32,000 nt of DNA from Acaryochloris marina MBIC11017 (GTDB taxonomy: Bacteria; Cyanobacteriota; Cyanobacteriia; Thermosynechococcales; Thermosynechococcaceae). Below the pieces are notes generated by a model. That model did no database searches. It saw only the letters and a program-made list of their open reading frames with translations, and was not told the origin of the DNA. Shown one piece after another: positions 16,273 to 25,067 of the stretch. The first letter of the stretch is position 1. Every line of letters begins with the position of its first letter. A program made the translations under genes and the position numbers. The stretch lies in assembly GCF_000018105.1 (NCBI RefSeq), contig NC_009929.1, forward strand, positions 90,001-122,000. The letters are read 5' to 3'.

Positions 16273-16497
16273 ACTATCCACTTTTTCAAGTAAAGAATAT
16301 TTTTCTGAATAATCATTTACTTATACCTCCTCATAAAGTTCTCACAATATTTCCACACTATTAAGTAGCAAGTCAAAGAAGTTCGAGCATGAAGGCTCTT
16401 CACAGATTCCCTCAAGCTTAGAGGACTATTAAAACATACAAAACTGTATTCGCTAAATATCTGCTATCTCTATACATCAGATAAAGGAGCAAGGATT

Positions 16498-16920
16498 ATG
16501 AAGCACTTTCGTAAACAGTTGTTAGTTTTTGGTCTAGTGATACTGACATGTATGGGAATGACATTTAGTTTTCAAGTACCTGTTTACGCAGGAGAAATAT
16601 TAGAACAGCCGATTAATTCTGTTCAAGTCTCAGACCCACAGTCAATACCAAGCAAAGAATCCTGTATACCCATTGGTGAAAAAATTGATTTAAACAACGC
16701 AAACGCATTAGCCTTTAAGGATTGCCCAGGCTATTATCCAACGCTTGCTAAAAAGATAATTAACAATGGACCCTTTGAGACTGTTGACGAAGTCCTCAAT
16801 ATCCGAGGTTTAAATTTAAAGCAGAAACAACTCCTTGAAGATAAGCTGGACTTTTTTACCGTATCTGAACCTAAAACTGATCTCGCTACTCGAATGCCAC
16901 CTCGTCCCATGATGCGTTAG
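16498..16920 (+). CDS. psbU: PsbU-like (PSII 12-kDa extrinsic protein) paralogue with signal peptide and divergent C-terminus
   Basis: AAAGGAG RBS and a signal peptide. KIDLNNANALAFKDCPGYYPTLAKKIINNGPFETVDEVLNIRGLNLKQKQLLEDKLDFFTV matches the PsbU core (IDLNN..., YPTLA, DVLNI.GL...Q...L...L..FTV). Confidence 0.7.
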   Translation: MKHFRKQLLVFGLVILTCMGMTFSFQVPVYAGEILEQPINSVQVSDPQSIPSKESCIPIGEKIDLNNANALAFKDCPGYYPTLAKKIINNGPFETVDEVLNIRGLNLKQKQLLEDKLDFFTVSEPKTDLATRMPPRPMMR

Positions 16921-17066
16921 CTGACTTGTAAGCAGGGTAGTTAAGAACAAGGACATGAAGGCGTAAAAACTGACGTCATTGAATTGTTCTAGCTAAATAT
17001 CTTAAACATTCTGAGAACTACCCATTTCGATTTCTGACGATAACAATCACAACTCAATCTTTTCCT

Positions 17067-18161
17067 ATGAACTATGCACTATCTCCCCCAGATAAATGGT
17101 TCACGACCACCCCCCAACCACTTTTTGACTCCTGGTGGAAAACTCTTAAAGCTTTACGTCCTCTGAATAACGCTCTTGGGATAGATCTGGGAACTTCCAA
17201 TACTTTGATTTATAGCCCCATCGAAGGGGTTGTACTCAATGAAGCCTCAATTATTGCCATCAATCAATTGACTCAAACTCCAGTTTCTGTGGGCAATACT
17301 GCTAGACAGTTGTTAGGACGTACTAGCACACCAGTAGCAGTATTACGTCCCGTCAGAAATGGGGTTATAGCAGACCTCAAACTGACCCAGATCATGTTGC
17401 AATCCTTCATTCGCAAAGCTCAACAGGGAACCCGAATCTTTCGCCCTCGCCTCGTCCTTGGCTGTTCTTGTGGTGCAACAAGTGTAGAGCGCGAAGCTTT
17501 GACTGAAGCAGCTTTGGAAGCAGGCGCAAGAGACGTTGTTCTGATTGATGAACCCATTGCTGCAGCTTTGGGGATAGGACTGCCAATTACGAAACCAAAA
17601 GGTAACCTCATCATTGATATTGGTGGTGGTACTACAGAGATGGCGGTTATATGCTCTTCTCAAGTCATTGATAGTCAAGTCATTTCCATAGCAGGAGATA
17701 GTTTTAATCAAGCCACCGTTGACTATCTCAGACAAACCTTCCAGGTCCATATTGGGGAATTGACAGCCGAAAGTCTCAAAATTCAATTTGGTTCTGCTTC
17801 GGACTCGGCCTGTAATGATACGCCAATGGAAATTTTAGGGGTTAATGTGGGGTCGGGATTACCCCAACGACTAGAAATCAATAGTGGTGAATTGCGGGAT
17901 GCCATATCCATTCCGTTGCATAAGATATCGGTAGCTCTACTCAACTTTCTGGAAAGGACCCATCCTGAGTTAGTTAGCGATATTGCTGAGCGAGGAATCA
18001 TGGTAACGGGAGGTGGGGCTTTACTCTCCGGCATTGATACGTTTTTTCAAGATTTGACCCATCTACCTGTTCATATCTCCCCCAATCCATTAAACAGCGT
18101 TGTTTTGGGAACAGGCAAGATTCTTGAATATGAGCATCAATCCAGCTACAGCTTCGCTTAA
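17067..18161 (+). CDS. mreB: MreB/Mbl-family actin-like protein, paralogue with about 37-aa N-terminal extension
   Basis: GIDLGTSNT, RPVRNGVIAD, LIDEPIAAALGIGLP, IIDIGGGTTEMAVI and MVTGGGALL. Confidence 0.8.
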   Translation: MNYALSPPDKWFTTTPQPLFDSWWKTLKALRPLNNALGIDLGTSNTLIYSPIEGVVLNEASIIAINQLTQTPVSVGNTARQLLGRTSTPVAVLRPVRNGVIADLKLTQIMLQSFIRKAQQGTRIFRPRLVLGCSCGATSVEREALTEAALEAGARDVVLIDEPIAAALGIGLPITKPKGNLIIDIGGGTTEMAVICSSQVIDSQVISIAGDSFNQATVDYLRQTFQVHIGELTAESLKIQFGSASDSACNDTPMEILGVNVGSGLPQRLEINSGELRDAISIPLHKISVALLNFLERTHPELVSDIAERGIMVTGGGALLSGIDTFFQDLTHLPVHISPNPLNSVVLGTGKILEYEHQSSYSFA

Positions 18162-18426
18162 GCAGATTGAATCAAGCTATTTGATAGGGGTTATATCCCA
18201 ATACAGTTGAACTATTTGAATTAAGGACTGATTGCTAACTCAGGTCATCTTCAGTCTTATCAATCGTCCACAACATGCACAGCTTTATGGAGTGCTCTTT
18301 ATACCAATGGGTGATGGGATTTCTTCATACTATCCTCAAACTCAATGCTTAGTTTATAGAGCGGTTTATCCTGCATCGATATCGCTGGTAACCGTTAGAT
18401 CGTTCCACCTTGCAGGAGGCTAACAG

Positions 18427-19446
18427 ATGGATTTAAGTACGACGTATTTAGGGACGAGACTCCGTTCTCCCCTTGTGGTTGGGGCCTGTGCGCCATTATC
18501 AGAAAAGATTGATCATCTACGTCATATGGAAGATGCAGGCGCTGCCGCTATCGTTTTGCACTCACTGTTTGAAGAACAATTACGTCAAGATCGGCTTGGG
18601 TTTCATCATCATCTCACCCACGGCACCGAAAGTTTTGCAGAAGCCCTCTCCTATTGTCCAGAACCTGACGTCTTTCATGTGGGGCCAGAGCAGTATCTTG
18701 AGCATATCCATCAAGCCAAAGCCATCGTTGATACTCCCATCATTGCTAGTCTGAATGGGGCGACTATCGGGGGATGGACAAACTACGCTAAAAAAATAGA
18801 GGAAGCTGGTGCCGATGCCCTTGAATTAAATATTTACACCGTCCCCACTGAGATGGCGATTGCAGGGGCAGAAATCGAGCAAAGCTATATTGATATCGTT
18901 CATACCGTTACTTCCACAGTTAATATTCCAGTAGCTATTAAGCTCAGCCCTTTCTTTAGCAATCTAGCTTATATGGCAAAACGGTTAACGGATGCAGGGG
19001 TGAATGGCCTTGTCCTTTTTAATCGTTTTTATCAGCCAGATATCGATATAGAAACCCTAGAAGTCAGGCCCAATCTACTGCTCAGTACACCACAGGATAT
19101 AAGATTACCGCTACGTTGGATCGCCATTCTCTACGGAACGCTGCCTGTGGACTTTGCCGCTACGAGCGGTATTCATACAGCAGCAGATGTCTTGAAAATG
19201 ATGATGGTTGGAGCCAACGCCACGATGCTGGTGAGCGTCTTAATCCGGCACGGCATCGATCATCTTCGCACGCTTGAGCATGCCCTATGCCAGTGGTTAA
19301 AGGAGCATGAGTATGAGTCGATCCAGCAACTTCAGGGGAGTATGAGCCAGGTTAATTGTCCAGACCCCAGCGCATTTGAACGTGTTCAATATATTGAAGC
19401 TTTGCAAACTTATCATTCCTTAGGATTGATGCCGATGAGGGTCTAA
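18427..19446 (+). CDS. dihydroorotate-dehydrogenase-like flavoprotein (non-canonical active-site loop)
   Basis: AGGAGG RBS. TIM-barrel DHOD pattern (SPLVVGA, IIASLNG, GADALELN, VAIKLSPF, GLVLFNR, ATSGI). It has ELNIYTVP where DHODs have ELN-SCPN or NISSPN. Confidence 0.7.
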   Translation: MDLSTTYLGTRLRSPLVVGACAPLSEKIDHLRHMEDAGAAAIVLHSLFEEQLRQDRLGFHHHLTHGTESFAEALSYCPEPDVFHVGPEQYLEHIHQAKAIVDTPIIASLNGATIGGWTNYAKKIEEAGADALELNIYTVPTEMAIAGAEIEQSYIDIVHTVTSTVNIPVAIKLSPFFSNLAYMAKRLTDAGVNGLVLFNRFYQPDIDIETLEVRPNLLLSTPQDIRLPLRWIAILYGTLPVDFAATSGIHTAADVLKMMMVGANATMLVSVLIRHGIDHLRTLEHALCQWLKEHEYESIQQLQGSMSQVNCPDPSAFERVQYIEALQTYHSLGLMPMRV

Positions 19447-19572
19447 AGCTTTCAAAGAGACACTCAAGCTAAACGATCTAAATCTTGATTGAGACGGTCA
19501 ACTGACCCTTCAAAATTCATCCCTTTCTGATCAGTCTGTTCTTGTTTTGAAGCCATTGTTTCATCCATTTCT

Positions 19573-20730
19573 ATGCACCAAGTTAAACGGATCGGTATCC
19601 TCACCAGTGGTGGTGATTGTCCTGGGCTTAATGCCATTATTCGGGCAGTTATTAAATGTGCGACTCACAAAGGGTGGGAGGTGTTTGGCATTCCCTATGG
19701 CACCCAAGGCTTTATTAATCTTGAATTAGGACACTGTACTCCTGAGGACCTGAGGTTAAAAGAGCATGGATATGATGTCCCAGGATTGTTAGGGGGATTA
19801 GATATTTTGCAATTCCTCAGTGGCAGTATCTTGGGGGCATTAAACAAAGGCAATCCGAGTGATCCAGCGATCTCACAAGAAATTTTGCAGGGTTTTCAAC
19901 GATTGAATCTTGACGCACTGATTGCCATTGGTGGGGATGGGAGTTTGGATATTATTGACGACCTTGCCCAGAAAGGGCAGTGGCGGTGGGTGGCAATACC
20001 AAAAACCATCGATAATGATGTGCCCTTTACTGAAATTTCATTGGGTTTTGATACTGCCGTTAATACCGTTACAAGATCACTCTACGATCTCACATTCACG
20101 GCAGCGAGCCACGATCGAATCATGGTCGTTCAAGTGATGGGACGTGATGCCGGACATTTGGCACTCCATTCAGGAATCGCAGGGGGCGCAGATGTAATTT
20201 TAATTCCAGAGCTAACCCCAAGCTTGAACCCGTCCGTGATTGATCAAGTGTGTCGTCAAATTGCCGTGCTTCGACAAGGTGGCCGCCGTTTTGCTTTAGT
20301 CGTGATTGCTGAAGGTGTGCGCAGACCAGATGGTCAAAAAGTCGCAAGCATTTGTGACTTTTTAGCTCAACAGATTCAGGTTCAAAGTCAGACGTTATGT
20401 TCGTCAGGTAATCCTAAGTTCTGTAGTCTTCAAGAAGTGGATTCTCGGGCAATCATTTTGGGGCATATCCAGCGAAGCGGGGTGCCTACAGCCTTTGATC
20501 GTTTATTGGCAGCTCGCTTTGGTAGGGAAGCCGTTGATCTTATCTCTCAACATCATTACAACCGTCTCGTGGTTTGGGAGAACGGCGAAGTTGCGAGTAA
20601 ACCCTTAACGGAAGTTATCCCCAAAATCAAGGATTGTCATCGAGAGAAAAAATGTCCAGATCCAGTTGATCCACAAGGGGGATTGGTGCAGACGGCTAAG
20701 GAATTAGGGATTTATGTTGGAACATCATGA
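19573..20730 (+). CDS. pfkA: ATP-dependent 6-phosphofructokinase
   Basis: [34 protein letters not shown] and [10 protein letters not shown]. Confidence 0.9.
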   Translation: MHQVKRIGILTSGGDCPGLNAIIRAVIKCATHKGWEVFGIPYGTQGFINLELGHCTPEDLRLKEHGYDVPGLLGGLDILQFLSGSILGALNKGNPSDPAISQEILQGFQRLNLDALIAIGGDGSLDIIDDLAQKGQWRWVAIPKTIDNDVPFTEISLGFDTAVNTVTRSLYDLTFTAASHDRIMVVQVMGRDAGHLALHSGIAGGADVILIPELTPSLNPSVIDQVCRQIAVLRQGGRRFALVVIAEGVRRPDGQKVASICDFLAQQIQVQSQTLCSSGNPKFCSLQEVDSRAIILGHIQRSGVPTAFDRLLAARFGREAVDLISQHHYNRLVVWENGEVASKPLTEVIPKIKDCHREKKCPDPVDPQGGLVQTAKELGIYVGTS

Positions 20731-21833
20731 AGTTTGTCGATGAGTATCGAGATCCTGACTTGATCAAGTATTGGGTACGCGAGATTGATCATCTGGTAAC
20801 ACAGCCTTGGACCATTATGGAAATTTGTGGTGGGCAAACTCATACGATTGTGAAGCATGGAATTGATCAACTTTTACCAAAAGCGATCACCTTGATTCAT
20901 GGGCCAGGATGTCCCGTCTGCGTGACACCAGTAGCATTAATTGATGATGCAATTACACTAGCCAAAACCCCTGGAGTGATGCTCTGTTCTTTTGGGGATA
21001 TGTTGCGAGTACCCGGAACTAAGGGGGATCTGTTATCTGCAAAGGCACAAGGCGGAGTGGTACGGATAGTGTATTCATCCTTAGATGCCCTGAAGTTAGC
21101 TCAAGCCAATCCAGACCAACAAATTGTGTTCTTTGCGGTGGGGTTTGAGACAACGGTACCAGCAACAGCGATGGCGGTATATCAAGCCCATCAGCTAGGG
21201 ATATCTAATTTTTCAGTCCTCGTAGCCCACGTCTTGGTCCCACCAGCGATGGAAGCAATTTTGTCTGCACCAAACTGTTTAGTACAGGGATTTCTAGCAG
21301 CTGGGCATGTGTGTACGGTGATGGGGTATACAGCCTATGAGGCGATCGCAACTCAATATCACACCCCAATTGTAGTGACGGGATTTGAGCCCGTTGACAT
21401 TCTGCAAGGTATCTACCGCTGCATCCATCAACTGGAAGTCGGCAAAGCAGTGGTGGAGAATCAATATTCTCGTGTGGTTCAATCCAACGGAAATTCTGAA
21501 GCGCAACGACTGATGGCGGATGTATTTGTGACTAGTGATCGTCAATGGCGAGGTCTAACGAGCATTCCCAATAGTGGTCTAAAGTTACGCCCCAGGTATG
21601 CCTATCTGGATGCCCAGGCACTTTTACCCGCAAATTCCAGTACTTCAGATTGTGTTGCTCCTGCCCCTGAGAGCGATTGCATCAGCGGCAAGATTCTTCA
21701 AGGGGTTCTAAAGCCACCTGATTGTCCTGCCTTTGGTCATCAATGTACACCAGAGCACCCGCTTGGTGCCCCCATGGTGTCCTCTGAAGGCGCTTGTGCG
21801 GCCTACTATCGATATCGTCAATTTAGGGTTTAA
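20727..21833 (+). CDS. hypD: [NiFe]-hydrogenase maturation protein HypD
   Basis: [29 protein letters not shown] and FFAVGFETT. The start ATGA overlaps the pfkA stop by 4 nt. Confidence 0.9.
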   Translation: MKFVDEYRDPDLIKYWVREIDHLVTQPWTIMEICGGQTHTIVKHGIDQLLPKAITLIHGPGCPVCVTPVALIDDAITLAKTPGVMLCSFGDMLRVPGTKGDLLSAKAQGGVVRIVYSSLDALKLAQANPDQQIVFFAVGFETTVPATAMAVYQAHQLGISNFSVLVAHVLVPPAMEAILSAPNCLVQGFLAAGHVCTVMGYTAYEAIATQYHTPIVVTGFEPVDILQGIYRCIHQLEVGKAVVENQYSRVVQSNGNSEAQRLMADVFVTSDRQWRGLTSIPNSGLKLRPRYAYLDAQALLPANSSTSDCVAPAPESDCISGKILQGVLKPPDCPAFGHQCTPEHPLGAPMVSSEGACAAYYRYRQFRV

Positions 21834-22011
21834 GGCAGTTATCTTCACTGCAACACTAGACTCATAAGATCTTCAGCATTGCTTCATATTCTGAAGTTAG
21901 AGAGAATCTCAGCTTTTTAGATTGTAGTTGAGAGCACATATTCAATGTTGAAGGATGTTGCTGCTTCTATCAAGGGGGGACACATACCCTCAACTACAGG
22001 AGGTGTTGATA

Positions 22012-22200
22012 ATGATACCGACAGAAAAGCCATCCAATTCAAAACGGGCAAACGCTAAATCCAAGAAATCGAAGCATCGACGACGTAAAGAAATATACCG
22101 ACAAAAGTTAGTCAGTCTTGGCGTACCTCAAAAGCCATTGCAATCTCGTTTACCAGAATCCACTCATGAAAAATTGAGTGATTGGGAAGCAGCATCTTAA
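22012..22200 (+). CDS. small basic hypothetical protein (62 aa)
   Basis: ATG 22012 is preceded by AGGAGG. The N-terminus is K/R-rich. The hairpin GAGTGACT/AGTCACTC (22202-22230) follows the stop. Confidence 0.35.
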   Translation: MIPTEKPSNSKRANAKSKKSKHRRRKEIYRQKLVSLGVPQKPLQSRLPESTHEKLSDWEAAS

Positions 22201-22374
22201 AGAGTGACTTACCAAAATCTTTAGTCACTCAGGCTATTCAAGAGATATTTCCTGCATCTTCGGGTACCTAGTACTCATTCTATTGTTCGAGGCTGATGGG
22301 AAGCTGGCCTGCATCTGAAACATGAATTTACGGGAGTGGCAACAGTTCCCGTGGGTAATCGGTAGAAAATAGCA

Positions 22375-22411
22375 CTGTGATCGCATCTCGAGAAAGGAGA
22401 TACGATCACAG
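22375..22411 (-). terminator. Rho-independent-type terminator of hsp20
   Basis: 15-bp stem (14 Watson-Crick pairs plus 1 G-U in the minus-strand transcript) with a 7-nt loop. It is followed on the minus strand by UGCUAUUUUCU, 25 nt after the stop. Confidence 0.55.
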
Positions 22412-22435
22412 CCTCACGAAACAGCAATAGATTGT

Positions 22436-22924
22436 CTAGCTAACTTCCACTTTTACAGACTTTTTCATATCCTCTTCAGACTTCGATAAGGTGAGACTCA
22501 AGACCCCATTGTTGTATTCTGCTTGAACGTTATCGGTCTTAATAGGACTAGGCATGGGGATAACGCGTTCAAATTTTCCATAGTGGAATTCAGATCGAAC
22601 GGTCCCTTCTGACTCTGCTTCAATTTCAGTCTTGCGTTCTCCTCGGATATAAACGGCATCTTTGGTGACTTCAATATCAAGATCCTTAGCATCAAGACCA
22701 GGAAGTTCAAATTTGAGATGGATTTCTTGATCAGTTTCGTCCATTTCTGCGGATGGCATAAAGGTAAGACTCTTTTCTCCATCGCTCTTAGAAATTGGCA
22801 TTAACCGTCCAAACATCCGATCCATCTCTCGTCGCCAGCTTTCTAGTTCCTGGAAAGGTTCCCAACCTAATGGATACATGCGCTCAAAACTACGGAACGG
22901 ATCACGAAGGACAATAGACATCAT
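22436..22924 (-). CDS. Hsp20/alpha-crystallin small heat-shock protein
   Basis: Alpha-crystallin domain pattern: MPSAEMDETDQEIHLKFELPGLDAKDLDIEVTKDAVYIRGERK...FHYGKFERVIPMP...AEYNNGVLSLTL. GAGGAGG RBS. Confidence 0.9.
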   Translation of the reverse strand: MMSIVLRDPFRSFERMYPLGWEPFQELESWRREMDRMFGRLMPISKSDGEKSLTFMPSAEMDETDQEIHLKFELPGLDAKDLDIEVTKDAVYIRGERKTEIEAESEGTVRSEFHYGKFERVIPMPSPIKTDNVQAEYNNGVLSLTLSKSEEDMKKSVKVEVS

Positions 22925-23115
22925 TACGCCTCCTCGCTATTACGACTGTTTTGGGGGCTCCCCACAGAAGTTTTATAAAGCACCGTTATGTTTGAAACGA
23001 TTGGGGAGTCATCTCCTTCTACTTTGAATTTAAAAAATAAACTTGATGAATTTGTGAAGGTTTCCCTGCATCAACAGTATTGAGAGATATACATCTAGCC
23101 TTAAAGGAATCAGCA

Positions 23116-24126
23116 ATGCGAGCAATGCAACTAGATGCCCCTGGTCAACTTCTTAGGTTGGTAGAACGCCCCATCCCCACCCCTAATCCTCACCAACTTC
23201 TATTGCGGATTCATATTTGTGGGGTTTGTCGAACCGATTTACATATTGTTGATGGCGAGCTGCCAGACCCAAAACTACCGCTTATTTTGGGACATCAGAT
23301 TGTGGGTACTGTGATTGAACTGGGTGAACAAGTGACAGGATTCAAACAAGGCGATCGCATTGGTGTTCCCTGGTTGGGACGAACCTGTAACTGCTGCCGA
23401 TACTGCCTTTCAGGCCGGGAGAATCTTTGCGATCAAGCCCGGTTTATGGGCTATAACCTAGACGGTGGTTTTGCTGAATATGCAGTGGCCGATGCCCAGT
23501 TCTGCTTTCCCATTCCTGAAGAGTATCCTGATCAACAGGCAGCCCCACTACTCTGCGCAGGTCTCATTGGCTATCGATCCTATCGCATGGTGGGCAAGGC
23601 CGAACGGATTGGTTTCTATGGCTTTGGCGCAGCGGCCCATATCTTAATTCAGGTGGCCAATTATCAAGGACGTCAGATCTATGCTTTTACCCGACCTGGG
23701 GATATGCAAGCACAGCAGTTTGCCCGTGAACTTGGGGCGGTATGGTCCGGGGGATCTGATGAAAGTCCACCCCAAAGCCTAGATGCTGCGATTATTTTTG
23801 CCCCTGTCGGGTCTTTGGTGCCAGCGGCCTTGACGGCTGTCACTAAAGCAGGGGTGGTGGTTTGTGCCGGTATTCATATGAGTGATATTCCTAGCTTTCC
23901 TTACAAAAGTTTGTGGGAGGAACGTTCTATTCGCTCAGTGGCCAATCTCACGCGCCAAGATGGGGAAGAATTTCTGACTTTAGCCCCTCAAATTCCCATT
24001 CAAACGCAAGTCCAGGCTTTTCCGCTGAGTACTGCCAATGAGGCACTGTCGGCATTGAGGAATGGAAAGGTGACTGGAGCCGTAGCTTTAGTAATGACTG
24101 ATGAGTCAGGTCAAAAGGACTTTTAG
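23116..24126 (+). CDS. zinc-dependent alcohol dehydrogenase family oxidoreductase
   Basis: CGVCRTDLH, GHQIVGTV, structural-zinc CNCCRYCLSGRENLC and nucleotide fold GFYGFGAAAH. The start is set to ATG 23116 (AAAGGA RBS). Confidence 0.85.
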   Translation: MRAMQLDAPGQLLRLVERPIPTPNPHQLLLRIHICGVCRTDLHIVDGELPDPKLPLILGHQIVGTVIELGEQVTGFKQGDRIGVPWLGRTCNCCRYCLSGRENLCDQARFMGYNLDGGFAEYAVADAQFCFPIPEEYPDQQAAPLLCAGLIGYRSYRMVGKAERIGFYGFGAAAHILIQVANYQGRQIYAFTRPGDMQAQQFARELGAVWSGGSDESPPQSLDAAIIFAPVGSLVPAALTAVTKAGVVVCAGIHMSDIPSFPYKSLWEERSIRSVANLTRQDGEEFLTLAPQIPIQTQVQAFPLSTANEALSALRNGKVTGAVALVMTDESGQKDF

Positions 24127-24163
24127 CGTTTGAGGCTTCCTCACGTCCGAGAACGCTAATCCT

Positions 24164-24207
24164 TTGAGAAAGTTGTGAGTGTCCTTGCTACTTCACAACT
24201 TTCTCAA
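24164..24207 (+). terminator. 15-bp-stem hairpin TTGAGAAAGTTGTGA / TCACAACTTTCTCAA between adh and the ABC operon
   Basis: Perfect inverted repeat with a 14-nt loop, 38 nt after the adh stop. A smaller hairpin TAGCGTT/AACGCTA precedes it. There is no U-tract, so it could instead be a leader or operator element. Confidence 0.4.
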
Positions 24208-24350
24208 GCTTGGAATCTAAGTTCAAACTAATGTGCCAAAGAGTTTTTACATGCCGAGCCAGGGATATTACGGAAATAAGTCTTGTCGTGACGATGGTTT
24301 TAGCCATGTCTCAGCCTTCACAAATCTCTAACAACAAAGGCAGCTCCTTG

Positions 24351-25067
24351 ATGTCTCTTGCCAGTACAAGTCTTTTTAAAGTGAGGGGGGTGACTAAAAC
24401 CTATGTCATGGGTGAGGTGACGGTTGAGGCCCTCAGATCGGTGGATTTAGAACTTTTTGCAGGTGAATTCATCGTTTTACTAGGTCCTTCCGGTAGTGGG
24501 AAATCTACTCTACTCAATATTCTGGGGGGACTAGATGTGCCTTCCAGTGGTCAGGTGATATTTCAGGGGCAAGACTTAACCGCCGCTAATGATCGCACCC
24601 TCACCCGCTTTCGTCGCCAAAGTGTGGGCTTTGTTTTTCAGTTCTATAACCTTATTCCTAGTCTCACTGCTCGAGAGAATGTCGCTCTCGTTACCGAGAT
24701 AGCCCCCCAGCCCATGCATCCTCGCGAAGCATTAGAACTGGTTCATCTCGGTGATCGTGTCAATCACTTTCCAGCTCAACTATCCGGGGGAGAACAGCAG
24801 CGGGTTGCGATCGCACGAGCGATTGCCAAACGCCCCCAAGTGCTGCTCTGTGATGAACCCACGGGAGCTTTGGACTTTCAAACCGGTAAGCTCGTCCTGG
24901 AAGCCCTCGCCCAAGTCAATCGGGAGTTAGGGACAACGACAGCCGTCATTACCCACAATGCTGGGATTGCCGCCATGGCCGATCGGGTGATTACCATGCG
25001 GAGTGGCGAGATAGTGGCTGTTCGAGAGAATGAACACAAAGTGAAACCGGGAGAGTTGGAGTGGTAG
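24351..25067 (+). CDS. ABC transporter ATP-binding protein (MacB/LolD/DevA-like)
   Basis: [12 protein letters not shown] (Walker A), [14 protein letters not shown] (signature) and [11 protein letters not shown] (Walker B). The start is uncertain (24294, 24306 or 24351). 24351 gives the usual N-terminal length. Confidence 0.85.
   Translation: MSLASTSLFKVRGVTKTYVMGEVTVEALRSVDLELFAGEFIVLLGPSGSGKSTLLNILGGLDVPSSGQVIFQGQDLTAANDRTLTRFRRQSVGFVFQFYNLIPSLTARENVALVTEIAPQPMHPREALELVHLGDRVNHFPAQLSGGEQQRVAIARAIAKRPQVLLCDEPTGALDFQTGKLVLEALAQVNRELGTTTAVITHNAGIAAMADRVITMRSGEIVAVRENEHKVKPGELEW

Noticed and set aside
18232-18423. 63-aa ORF between the mreB-like and DHOD-like genes
   Set aside because: It has a TTG start, no RBS and an implausible sequence. 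The region is better treated as the promoter or leader of the DHOD-like gene.
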